Of a stretch of DNA of 64,000 nt, positions 48,486 through 56,950 are shown in pieces (position 1 is the first letter of the stretch; each line of letters begins with the position of its first letter). The position numbers and the translations under genes were made by a program. Source of the DNA: a virus (taxonomy: Duplodnaviria; Caudoviricetes). The notes beneath the pieces were generated by a model. That model was not told the origin of the DNA, searched no databases, and was given only the letters and a program-made list of their open reading frames with translations. The stretch is from positions 16,767 to 80,766 of IMG/VR virus record IMGVR_UViG_2558860994_000004. One strand, given 5' to 3'.

Positions 48486-48943
48486 GCCGCATTACCTACC
48501 TAATCCCTGATCGTGCGGCACTGGCTGAGGTGACGGCTGGCATTAAAGCCAGCCTGACCGATAAGGGAATTGAACCAGCCAATATGCCTAAGGTCATTAC
48601 TGATACATTTTTTCGTAATGCGGCGCGGCTAAGTGCCCGTGATATTGATTTCTGGCTAGGCTTTGGCGGGTATTTGCCAGCGGTTGAATGGGTTATTGCC
48701 CAGCAAAGCGGGGAAGGCGAAGAAGAGTTTTATGCCCGCACCCAATATCCTAAAAATGTGGTTGAGGCCTACAGTGTACCTGAGGATGATTTAGCAACCC
48801 TTGCAGCTGCTGATCTGTATATGCAGCTTCACCGGGCTACCACACCAGTTGCAACAACAGTCTGGCCATTAAATGAAGAGGAAGGCCAATATATTGACCT
48901 TGCCCAGTTTGAGGCGCGGCTCAATGGAACCGTGCGCCTTTAG
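48482..48943 (+). CDS. ulx: Ulx-like protein (DarB loading factor in P1)
   Basis: Directly after darB; FGGYLPAVEWVI and LATLAAADLY resemble recalled P1 Ulx YGPYWPEIKKLL and ALTLIAATLY. Confidence 0.65.
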   Translation: MSRITYLIPDRAALAEVTAGIKASLTDKGIEPANMPKVITDTFFRNAARLSARDIDFWLGFGGYLPAVEWVIAQQSGEGEEEFYARTQYPKNVVEAYSVPEDDLATLAAADLYMQLHRATTPVATTVWPLNEEEGQYIDLAQFEARLNGTVRL

Positions 48944-48965
48944 CACAATGTGAGCGAGTAATAAT
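48925..48965 (+). promoter_or_regulatory. Putative late promoter
   Basis: TGGAACC at 48925, AATAAT at 48960. Confidence 0.65.
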
Positions 48966-48993
48966 AACCCTGTGCTTAAGCTCAGGGTTTTTT
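48966..48993 (+). terminator. Intrinsic terminator between -10 box and start codon
   Basis: AACCCTGTGC-ttaa-GCTCAGGGTT then TTTT and ATG. Confidence 0.7.
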
Positions 48994-49806
48994 ATGACCA
49001 ACAAAACAATCGCGCTGGCCACCCCGGCCAATGCACCAAAGCCCCGATTGCCCAGTAATGACACAGACCCGTTGTATGGCGTAGTTTCCAAACACAAGTT
49101 TGCTGTATTTTCTGAATGTGACAAAGATGGCAACTGGCTTGCAGACTTGCCTATCGTGGCAGCCATGCTTACCGATGGTGATAAAACCATTGAAAGTAAT
49201 TATCAGACCCCATTTGAAAACAGTAACCCAGAACATAAGATGCCAACGCTAATGGCAGCCTTGCAAACCGGTGAGTTGGTTGAGGCTATTGGCAATATTG
49301 TGGGCAGTAATGGGCTGCTACAGGCAGCAACCGATGTGCTGGATCCAGTGACGGGCATGCTTAAAGAATTTGCCAAGTCTGCCGAAGGTAAAACCAACCT
49401 GACTAAAATCAATACCACTCAGGTTTTTGTGTCCACGGCTTCTATCAGAATTAATTTAAGCCTATTCCTGATTGCCCTAAGAAACCCACTGGTTGAAGTG
49501 GAACATAAAATTGCCCAGCTGGAAGCCTGGTCTTTGCCCAAATATTTATCTAATCGGGGCTTGCTTGAGAATGTGAGCGAGAACGGGCTTGCAGAAGGGA
49601 TTTTCTCAGGGGTGGTACCGCCGTTTATTTCGATTACTTTCCATGGCAAAACCTATGCGCCTTTCGTAATTGAAAGTGTGTCGTCACCGCTTGATGCGCC
49701 GATTGATGAAAATGGAAACCGCTTAAATCTGGCTTTTAGTGTGAATCTGTTGAGCCGGGCCGCTTGGGATGCCAGTGATATCAAAAAACTGTATGGGATG
49801 GTGTAA
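48994..49806 (+). CDS. Tail/baseplate tube-initiator-like protein
   Basis: PPFISITFHGKTYAPFVIESVS..NLAFSV C-terminal pattern. Confidence 0.55.
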   Translation: MTNKTIALATPANAPKPRLPSNDTDPLYGVVSKHKFAVFSECDKDGNWLADLPIVAAMLTDGDKTIESNYQTPFENSNPEHKMPTLMAALQTGELVEAIGNIVGSNGLLQAATDVLDPVTGMLKEFAKSAEGKTNLTKINTTQVFVSTASIRINLSLFLIALRNPLVEVEHKIAQLEAWSLPKYLSNRGLLENVSENGLAEGIFSGVVPPFISITFHGKTYAPFVIESVSSPLDAPIDENGNRLNLAFSVNLLSRAAWDASDIKKLYGMV

Positions 49807-50508
49807 ATGCTGACTTTTGATGCAATACCGATAGGTCCTACGACCTATACGCCTCAGGAACTAACCATTAATGATTGCCTGAAAGTAGCTGTTGTTAGCC
49901 AGCAGCTCAATGAAAAGCGCGTGACTGTGTTTTTAAAGGGCATGCTACAGGATGATAAGTTACCCCTGAGTATTACCTGCCAAGAGCGCTATTACTTACT
50001 AATGAAATACGTGGAAAAGCAAGGCAATTCACTGTTGGCCATTGATATGGACTTATCCGCCTGTTATCTACCACCAGGCATGGAATGGAAAACCCAAATC
50101 ACCCAGAACGGGGTAACAGTACAGCAGCTTAACGGCCGTGGCGCTGAATTCTTGGAGTCAAAATGCAAGAACGCTATTGAATGGCTAGCTTGCATGATGG
50201 CACTGCAGCTGGCACATGAAAAGCATCCCGAACTGGCGGTTTTACCTGACCTTACCGTTGATGATGCCGCTTTTGAGCAGCAGTTTATGCAACGGCTGGA
50301 CTACATTAAAAAGCTGTCACAAAGCGAATTTGAGTTGTGCTATGAAGATTTTGCACCGCTGAACCAGCAATTATTTTCACTCATTAGTTTGACAGCCAAT
50401 AATAGCGGTCTGGTTATAGAAAGAGGTGCAGATGACGCGCCTGTTCGATTTCGTCCCTCTGCCGCCTTTATCCGACTCATCAAAGAACTGGACCAGTCAT
50501 TTAATTGA
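49807..50508 (+). CDS. Putative baseplate hub assembly chaperone
   Basis: 233 aa in late operon. Confidence 0.5.
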   Translation: MLTFDAIPIGPTTYTPQELTINDCLKVAVVSQQLNEKRVTVFLKGMLQDDKLPLSITCQERYYLLMKYVEKQGNSLLAIDMDLSACYLPPGMEWKTQITQNGVTVQQLNGRGAEFLESKCKNAIEWLACMMALQLAHEKHPELAVLPDLTVDDAAFEQQFMQRLDYIKKLSQSEFELCYEDFAPLNQQLFSLISLTANNSGLVIERGADDAPVRFRPSAAFIRLIKELDQSFN

Positions 50509-50539
50509 AGTGGCTGATGGTCTGGCTGAACATTGCCCA

Positions 50540-50716
50540 ATGTCCTTAAGTGAAGCCTTAAATCAGCCGATTAGCTTTGAGGCGTTTTATTATGAATCAC
50601 CCACATGGGAACAACGTAAAAAAGTGCTTAAGGCAGAAGCTGAAAAACACAACACACTGATTAAAATCGGCAACGCCATCATCAAGGGACTAGGCAATAT
50701 TGCCAACAGTCATTAA
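50540..50716 (+). CDS. Small protein (58 aa; frame open from 50426)
   Basis: MSLSEALNQPISF..; could be reached by frameshift from previous gene. Confidence 0.5.
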   Translation: MSLSEALNQPISFEAFYYESPTWEQRKKVLKAEAEKHNTLIKIGNAIIKGLGNIANSH

Positions 50717-50749
50717 CCCTTACTTACTCAAGTTTACCAATTTACCTAT

Positions 50750-50790
50750 TGGAACCTCCCTCAAAACCTAAAAAGCCCCTTCTGCATAAT
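50750..50790 (+). promoter_or_regulatory. Putative late promoter for lysis genes
   Basis: TGGAACC at 50750, CATAAT at 50785. Confidence 0.75.
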
Positions 50791-50838
50791 GAAGCCTCAA
50801 AGCAGGACGTCATAACAGCAGGGGTATAGGTTTTCATC

Positions 50839-51093
50839 ATGACTGATAGTTCAAGTGTTATAGCCGCTAGTACATCGGTTGCGAATAAAGCTACCTATAC
50901 CGGTGCTGCGACAGGGGTTTTAGGCTGGCTTACCCAGATTGATTTGTTGAGTGCCATGGGTGTGATTCTGGCAATCATCGGCTTTCTATGCAATTTGTAC
51001 TTTCAAATTCGCCGTGACAAGCGAGAGGAAATTGAAAGTGCAGCCCGCCTACGGATCATTGAAAAACAGAATCAGGTAGATAAGCATGAGTAA
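50839..51093 (+). CDS. Holin
   Basis: 84 aa, TM segments, charged C-terminus YFQIRRDKRE, overlaps lysozyme gene. Confidence 0.8.
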   Translation: MTDSSSVIAASTSVANKATYTGAATGVLGWLTQIDLLSAMGVILAIIGFLCNLYFQIRRDKREEIESAARLRIIEKQNQVDKHE

Positions 51094-51589
51094 GCGTATT
51101 TTAATAACTAGTCTTATATTGAGCGCAGCAGCTTTTGTGGGGGTAGTCCGACAGGAAGGCTACACTGAAGATGCAAAAGTACCCGTTAAGGGGGATGTGC
51201 CGACTTATGGTTTTGGAACAACCATTAAGCAAAATGGCCAGCCGGTAAAGCTCGGTGATCGAACCACGCCCGTCAAGGCCGTTGAAGATGCCTATGCCCA
51301 TCTCAGCAAGGATGAAAAGTTATTCAAGGCTTCATTGCCTAATGTGCTATTAAGTCAGGGTGAATACGATACCTACCTTGATTTTACCTATCAGTACGGC
51401 ATGGCAACCTGGAATAAATCATCAATGCGCCGTGAAATTTTGAACGGTAATTACCGCGCAGCCTGTGATGCCTTACTGAAATACCGTTATGTGGCTGGCC
51501 GGGATTGTTCCATCAAGTCCAGTAACTGCATGGGGGTATGGACCCGCCAGAAAGAGCGTCATGTGAAATGCATTGGTGCAGATGGCTAA
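51086..51589 (+). CDS. SAR-type endolysin (GH24 lysozyme)
   Basis: Hydrophobic N-terminal anchor then QEGY..DVPTYGFGTT (E-D-T triad), WNKSSM..CDALLKY. Confidence 0.9.
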   Translation: MSKRILITSLILSAAAFVGVVRQEGYTEDAKVPVKGDVPTYGFGTTIKQNGQPVKLGDRTTPVKAVEDAYAHLSKDEKLFKASLPNVLLSQGEYDTYLDFTYQYGMATWNKSSMRREILNGNYRAACDALLKYRYVAGRDCSIKSSNCMGVWTRQKERHVKCIGADG

Positions 51590-51619
51590 GTTATTGGTGA
51601 GTTAAATTCAATTGTTAAG

Positions 51620-51643
51620 AAGCCCCTTGTAAGGGGCTTTTTC
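51620..51643 (+). terminator. Intrinsic terminator after lysis genes
   Basis: AAGCCCCTT-gt-AAGGGGCTTTTT. Confidence 0.75.
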
Positions 51644-51678
51644 TTTATAATAATTAAATTTTATTCTAAATATTAATT

Positions 51679-52212
51679 ATGACCTTAGATCAAAAATTAG
51701 CATTAGCTAATGTTATTGGTACGTGGCTTGCCAGTATTGGAACAATTGCTGCTGTAATTGTTTCCTTATGGCTAGTTAGAAGAACTGGAAGGATTCAACT
51801 TAAGATTGAAAGTACAACAGCACTTATATGTCCAGATGGTCGTATGGTTCGCTGTATCGTTATTTCTGTAACCAATCTTGGGGATAGAACAGTTACTATC
51901 ACTAATATTCGGTGGAAAATTGGAAAAGGTAAATCGTTAACTGAAAACCTCCAATTTTTTAGTTTAAGTTTAGGATCGACTCAATTTCCAACAGAGTTAG
52001 AGCATGGTAAAAGTGGACACTACTTTTTAGAGTTGTTCAGGGAGGATGAACATAATTGGGAGCAACCATTTATTTTAGGTTTTGTTAAAGACTTATCACC
52101 TAAGCATCTTGATACTTTAAGGATTGAAATTAAAACTTCAATCGGGCAAATGGTTCAAGTCAGACCAGGGAAACAAGTACTAGAATTTATAAAAAACCAT
52201 AAATTTAATTAA
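51679..52212 (+). CDS. Membrane-anchored hypothetical protein
   Basis: N-terminal [21 protein letters not shown]; low GC. Confidence 0.7.
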   Translation: MTLDQKLALANVIGTWLASIGTIAAVIVSLWLVRRTGRIQLKIESTTALICPDGRMVRCIVISVTNLGDRTVTITNIRWKIGKGKSLTENLQFFSLSLGSTQFPTELEHGKSGHYFLELFREDEHNWEQPFILGFVKDLSPKHLDTLRIEIKTSIGQMVQVRPGKQVLEFIKNHKFN

Positions 52213-53497
52213 CCCTTAAAATATCATTCCAGCTCGTTAAGTAGCTGGGTGATTTTCTGGTTTGTGCCATGGACCAGTTTCTATCCTTAAAGGTGCATGA
52301 TCCAATCGATACCGCATCACGGCCAAACTTGTTATTGATTTCATCAAGGGTAATGGTCAGCAGCTTGCGCTCCTGGATCTTGTCGTGGTCGGCCAGCAGG
52401 TCAGGCAGATATTTACTGTCCGGCACAATATTCATCAGGATGACACCTGCATGCTTGTATTGCATGTTGGGTTTGAATATTTGCTCCAGCCCATGCATTA
52501 CAGCCTTGTTAATCAGTAACCGGTCATCGGTGGCGTAGCTTAGGCTAACAATAATATAGGGGTGATAGTAGGGCTTTTGAAAGCGGCTGGTCTTGATGGT
52601 GATGCCAATGCTGGCACACAGCAGGTTCTGGCTGCGTAAGCGGTCAATTGCCCGCAAAACAAACAGGGTTAATGCTTCACGAAGGTCATCAATTTTTGTT
52701 ACCGGCTTGCCAAATGACCGGCTACTGATGATCTGTTTTTTATCCGGGACAGTGTGCTCAATTTCAATACAGGCAATCCCCTGTAGCTCCAGTACCGTTC
52801 GCTCCATCACCACGCTAAAGTGCTGGCGAATAAACTTGGGACTACTTAGGGTCAGGTCAAGCGCATTTAGGATATTTAGGCTGGCCAGCTTCTTGGTATG
52901 CTGGCGGCCAACGCCCCACACTTCGGATACGTCCAGGCTTTGCAACATGAATTCAAGGATTAGCGGGTCTAAATCCAGAAGGTTACACACGCCATTAAAG
53001 GCCGGATTTTTCTTGGCAAAATGGTTGGCCAGTTTAGCCTGGGTTTTACTATGGCCAATACCCACGCACACTGGAAGGCCAATCCACTTGGCAATGGTCT
53101 GGCGCATTTGCTGGGCATAATCTGCCAGATTAAACAGGTGGCTATAATCGGTCAGCTCTAAAAAGCATTCATCAATCGAATAGATTTCCTGTTCCTGTGG
53201 GCCAACAAACTGCCCAAGGATCGCCATAAACCGTTTTGACATTTCGGCATATAAAGCGTAGTTACTCGACATCACCACCACGTCATGCTGCTTGATCAGG
53301 TCGCGCACCTCAAATAACGGCATACCCATCTTGATGCCTAAGGCCTTGGCTTCAGCAGAGCGTGCAACAATACAGCCATCATTGTTGGATAGAACAACGA
53401 CCGGCCTATTATTTAAGGCGGGGTTAAAAACACGCTCACAGCTCACATAGCAGTTGTTGACATCAACCAGGGCAAAGATGCGGCTACAGGGCTGCAT
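52205..53497 (-). CDS. umuC: Y-family DNA polymerase V subunit UmuC
   Basis: [43 protein letters not shown] motifs. Confidence 0.95.
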   Translation of the reverse strand: MQPCSRIFALVDVNNCYVSCERVFNPALNNRPVVVLSNNDGCIVARSAEAKALGIKMGMPLFEVRDLIKQHDVVVMSSNYALYAEMSKRFMAILGQFVGPQEQEIYSIDECFLELTDYSHLFNLADYAQQMRQTIAKWIGLPVCVGIGHSKTQAKLANHFAKKNPAFNGVCNLLDLDPLILEFMLQSLDVSEVWGVGRQHTKKLASLNILNALDLTLSSPKFIRQHFSVVMERTVLELQGIACIEIEHTVPDKKQIISSRSFGKPVTKIDDLREALTLFVLRAIDRLRSQNLLCASIGITIKTSRFQKPYYHPYIIVSLSYATDDRLLINKAVMHGLEQIFKPNMQYKHAGVILMNIVPDSKYLPDLLADHDKIQERKLLTITLDEINNKFGRDAVSIGSCTFKDRNWSMAQTRKSPSYLTSWNDILRVN

Positions 53498-53500
53498 ACT

Positions 53501-54112
53501 TTAACGGCCGCGCATGCATTTAAGGTTATAGACCACCACGCCCCAGATGGTCCATTCATCATTTTCGGCTGGGTAAATGTTGCTGTATTCAGGGTTTTCG
53601 GCCTTTAGCCAGACTTTGGCCGGGGTAAACTGGCTTTCAATCATCAGCCGCTTAACCGTATATTCATTATTAATACAGGCGACGATAATATCGCGGTGCT
53701 TAGCTTCAAGGCTGCGGTCTACCACCAGCTCGTCATCTACATCAATACCAGCATTCAACATGGATTTTGAGGCCACCCGCACGATAAAGGTTGCGCTCTG
53801 GTTATGAATAATATGCTGGTTGAGGTCTATACCGCGTTCGATATGGTCATTGGCCGGTGAGGGGAAACCAGCAGCGACCTTTTCAAGCGCCACTGGGATG
53901 TTATAAGTGGTCTGGGCATAGAGTGGCTTAAAGTCCAGCTTTTTAACCAGATCAGACTTAGTGCCATTAGGCGGATTGAACAGCAGCCAGTTGGTGATCA
54001 GGTTTACCTGTGATTCAGGCACCCGGATTAATACCGATTTTTCACCATAGAGTGATTTTCGGCCCGCGTTTTTTCGTGCGCCACCACGTTTCTCCAGTTG
54101 ATCGGTCATCAT
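53501..54112 (-). CDS. umuD: UmuD with N-terminal extension (ORF track starts at 54145)
   Basis: VAAGFPSPA cleavage site, SM..AGI..D.LVVDR, TVKRL S24 motifs; N-terminal RGGARKNAGRK. Confidence 0.9.
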   Translation of the reverse strand: MMTDQLEKRGGARKNAGRKSLYGEKSVLIRVPESQVNLITNWLLFNPPNGTKSDLVKKLDFKPLYAQTTYNIPVALEKVAAGFPSPANDHIERGIDLNQHIIHNQSATFIVRVASKSMLNAGIDVDDELVVDRSLEAKHRDIIVACINNEYTVKRLMIESQFTPAKVWLKAENPEYSNIYPAENDEWTIWGVVVYNLKCMRGR

Positions 54113-54140
54113 ATTTTTGATTTTGTACAAATTCAAAAAT
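54113..54140. promoter_or_regulatory. 28-bp palindromic operator abutting umuD start
   Basis: ATTTTTGATTTTGTACAAATTCAAAAAT, one mismatched pair, TTGA-N12-TCAA core. Confidence 0.7.
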
Positions 54141-54218
54141 AGCATAAGCCAACAGTAAAATTTAATTCAAGTCAGTTTTATTGATAAAGTGAATTAATCC
54201 GATGAAACAACAGTGCTT

Positions 54219-54419
54219 TTACAGGCCTGTCAGTTTGCCCAGGAACATAAGTAGCAGGCAAATGCCCAGTGCTGTGCCGACCATCAAAGCATAAAATTGC
54301 ACTGAAGCTTTCCAGTCCACGGTATTGTAAGTGCCACACTTATAGCAAACCTTGCTGAAGTCATGCAGGTTACGTCGGCAGCCGGTGCACGTGGTTTTAT
54401 AGAGTGGCCGGAGTTTCAT
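54219..54419 (-). CDS. Small Zn-ribbon membrane protein
   Basis: CTGC..CYKC plus C-terminal TM. Confidence 0.6.
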   Translation of the reverse strand: MKLRPLYKTTCTGCRRNLHDFSKVCYKCGTYNTVDWKASVQFYALMVGTALGICLLLMFLGKLTGL

Positions 54420-54431
54420 TATTTTGAATAA

Positions 54432-54602
54432 TCAATCCGGCTCAAAATTTATCATTGAATCAGCTTTTACCCTAATTTCTTTTAGGTTCAGGATCTTGAT
54501 GTTCTGGTCCAGCTGATTTTCATCAATATCATCGACTTGCAATAATTGGAGTGAGCGTTTAAGGGCCTCTAGTTTTTCTGATTTAGCATTTTTAGTTGTC
54601 AT
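54432..54602 (-). CDS. Small hypothetical protein
   Basis: 56 aa from ATG at 54602. Confidence 0.45.
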   Translation of the reverse strand: MTTKNAKSEKLEALKRSLQLLQVDDIDENQLDQNIKILNLKEIRVKADSMINFEPD

Positions 54603-54735
54603 AATAGTTTTCCTTAAAAATTGCATTTATAGCCAGTTTGCGCAATTCCGCAAGTTATCACTTGTAAATCATTTTATAGAAGAGTTTCCAAAAATGAAAA
54701 GCCCGTAAAATCGAGCTTTTTATATTTTTATTTTG

Positions 54736-55110
54736 TCAAAAGACAGCAGCCTTGATAGCAGTATAAGTCTTACTATCTGCTGTTAGCATGGCTTTACGCC
54801 CATCTTTCAACACAACAATGAAAGTTATATCTTTGCCGCGGCCACCTAATACTAAACCAGCTAATAGGCCAACAGGACCTAGAAGAACTACACCTGCTGT
54901 TCCCCATCCAGCAGCACCGCCCAAGCGAACAGCTGCTTCTTCACTGGCCAGCTCAACAGTTTGGATCATCTCTTTAGTGATTTTTTCACCACGTGGTTGC
55001 CAACCACTGGTTTTTAAATGCAAGGAACCATAGCCACTGCTGAAAATGGGAGGACTATAGCTTCCCATACCTACAAAATCCCCAGCATGCACTTTAATCA
55101 TAGCAACCAT
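54736..55110 (-). CDS. Glycine-zipper hypothetical protein
   Basis: GGAAGWGTAGVVLLGPVGLLAGLVLGG. Confidence 0.7.
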   Translation of the reverse strand: MVAMIKVHAGDFVGMGSYSPPIFSSGYGSLHLKTSGWQPRGEKITKEMIQTVELASEEAAVRLGGAAGWGTAGVVLLGPVGLLAGLVLGGRGKDITFIVVLKDGRKAMLTADSKTYTAIKAAVF

Positions 55111-55116
55111 AATATT

Positions 55117-55803
55117 TTACTCTTGAGCCATATTAAAATTCTTAATCACTTTGTATTTAATAAACTGGTTAGTCGCCTCAATGACCTCAAGCAATGCACC
55201 TTTATATCCGATAGTTTTGGACTCATTAAGATCATACTCAACATCATTATTAAAAGCAGGCCGGGCAAGGTTGGATGAAAATTCACGATAGCCAACATTA
55301 ATTTTGTTACCTACACGACCGCTATAAATAAGAGTTTGCTGGAATGAGTTCTCAGACAAAGAATCCACTTCTTGATTAACTATTTTTTCTTTTTCTATTT
55401 GGGTGCAATTCTTAGCATTAAAAACAGTAATCACACATAGCTTATTATCGGGTGTTACCATTACGGCTTTATATGGATCAGCAATAGCAGATTTTTGAAT
55501 ATTTCCGGCATTTTGAATACCGCCTATACCGTAGTAGACACCATTTGCGTCTTCACCAGTTTTAGGATAGTAACCACCTAACATTGTGTATGCAAAGCTA
55601 ATCCTAATAGGATCACTTAAAAATAAAGCAGTTCTTTTAATGAACTTACCTTGCACAAGCATCTGATCACCTACATAGGCAGTAGCCTCGCTACCAATAG
55701 GGGGCTTACTAATTTGTGTCACTGCTGGTGCATAATTATACTGTGGTGTAGCACAGCCAACTAAACCTACCCCAACTAAAACACTCCATAATAAATTTTT
55801 CAT
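55117..55803 (-). CDS. Lipoprotein
   Basis: Lipobox LVGC; C-terminal QQTLIYSG..GYREFS..ARPAF..YDL pattern common in prophage lipoproteins. Confidence 0.8.
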   Translation of the reverse strand: MKNLLWSVLVGVGLVGCATPQYNYAPAVTQISKPPIGSEATAYVGDQMLVQGKFIKRTALFLSDPIRISFAYTMLGGYYPKTGEDANGVYYGIGGIQNAGNIQKSAIADPYKAVMVTPDNKLCVITVFNAKNCTQIEKEKIVNQEVDSLSENSFQQTLIYSGRVGNKINVGYREFSSNLARPAFNNDVEYDLNESKTIGYKGALLEVIEATNQFIKYKVIKNFNMAQE

Positions 55804-55860
55804 AAATCCATACTCGTTAAAATTATGGATGAAATTTATCAGAGAAAAAGCTAAATCGCC

Positions 55861-55989
55861 ATGACAATAAAAAATCGCTTAATAGAAGCAGCTAAAGAGC
55901 TAAATATCCCATTAGAATGGGGTGGGGATTGGAAAAATTTTAAGGATGGGCCGCACTACCAGTTGCCCTGGAAGCAGTACTTAAAGTAA
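55861..55989 (+). pseudogene. C-terminal remnant of an M15 peptidase endolysin
   Basis: Translates as ..EAAKELNIPLEWGGDWKNFKDGPHYQLPWKQYLK*; N-terminal catalytic part missing. Confidence 0.8.
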
Positions 55990-56002
55990 TAAACTATTAA
56001 AC

Positions 56003-56031
56003 AAAAAGAGAGTTATTATAACTCTCTTTTT
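56003..56031. terminator. Bidirectional terminator
   Basis: AAAAAGAGAGTTA..TAACTCTCTTTTT. Confidence 0.75.
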
Positions 56032-56043
56032 GGAGCCTTTAGA

Positions 56044-56553
56044 TTAGCAGTGTACTTGAACACTATCGCATGCTTTTTGAATATCTAAAATGATTAAATT
56101 TCCATGATCTGTGTAAAACATTAGCCAATGACACTTATCTTTTATAAAGTAATCATATTCTATAAAATGCACTAAGCCATTTGCACATTCTCGTAAAGAA
56201 AGTGGTTCATTAGTACTAATATTTCCATTTATTTTAAATGAATCCCAAAAACTCTTCATTTCCATCTTATTTATTTTCTTTTTGAAATAACCAATTTGGT
56301 CCTGTATACCAATATCTAGGCTTATTTCTTTGGCATCTTGAGATCTTCTTATATTTGTCAATAGATCAACTATTATTTTCTGAGCCTGATTTGAGAGAGT
56401 GCTTAATAGTGGATCGGTTTTATCTTTATCATACTGTTCAACAAACTTCTCACTTAATTTCTTAAGCTCTTGTGCATTCTCTTTAACTAAATTTTTAAAC
56501 ATATAAAATTCCATGCAAATGTGACTGTTTTGATTTGTGTTAGATGAGTCCAT
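56044..56553 (-). CDS. Hypothetical protein with HEPN-like motif
   Basis: Helical, low GC, LSLRECANGLVH. Confidence 0.6.
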   Translation of the reverse strand: MDSSNTNQNSHICMEFYMFKNLVKENAQELKKLSEKFVEQYDKDKTDPLLSTLSNQAQKIIVDLLTNIRRSQDAKEISLDIGIQDQIGYFKKKINKMEMKSFWDSFKINGNISTNEPLSLRECANGLVHFIEYDYFIKDKCHWLMFYTDHGNLIILDIQKACDSVQVHC

Positions 56554-56617
56554 AATTTATATAACATCCATAGCGAAGTTAAGAGTATTAAATAATTTAA
56601 GAGGTGGTAATTCATTC

Positions 56618-56896
56618 TTACTGACAGTCTTTATCACAAGCCACCCCATCATTATCCCGATCCAGCCGTGTCATGCCACACCGCAAAGCACGTTGGGCAT
56701 CGGCACAGTCGGCAATATCAGCACAGCGGGTCGGTAGGTTAGAGCAGCTCTCGGTCTTTTTAGCCTTTTGACTCTTAGCCGTTTTGGTCACTGACTTTTT
56801 ATGCGTGTGCTGTCCAGTGCCAAAAGGATTTTCTGTCTGGGTGGCAGCAAAGCTGACTGTAGATAAACCAATAAGTAGGCAGCATAAGTATTTCAT
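56618..56896 (-). CDS. Excalibur calcium-binding domain exported protein
   Basis: Signal peptide; C..C..LDRDNDGVAC. Confidence 0.85.
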   Translation of the reverse strand: MKYLCCLLIGLSTVSFAATQTENPFGTGQHTHKKSVTKTAKSQKAKKTESCSNLPTRCADIADCADAQRALRCGMTRLDRDNDGVACDKDCQ

Positions 56897-56950
56897 TTCA
56901 ACAATCCATTGTTATATGATTCAGTCCTTTATACCAATGTTTGAATAAAA

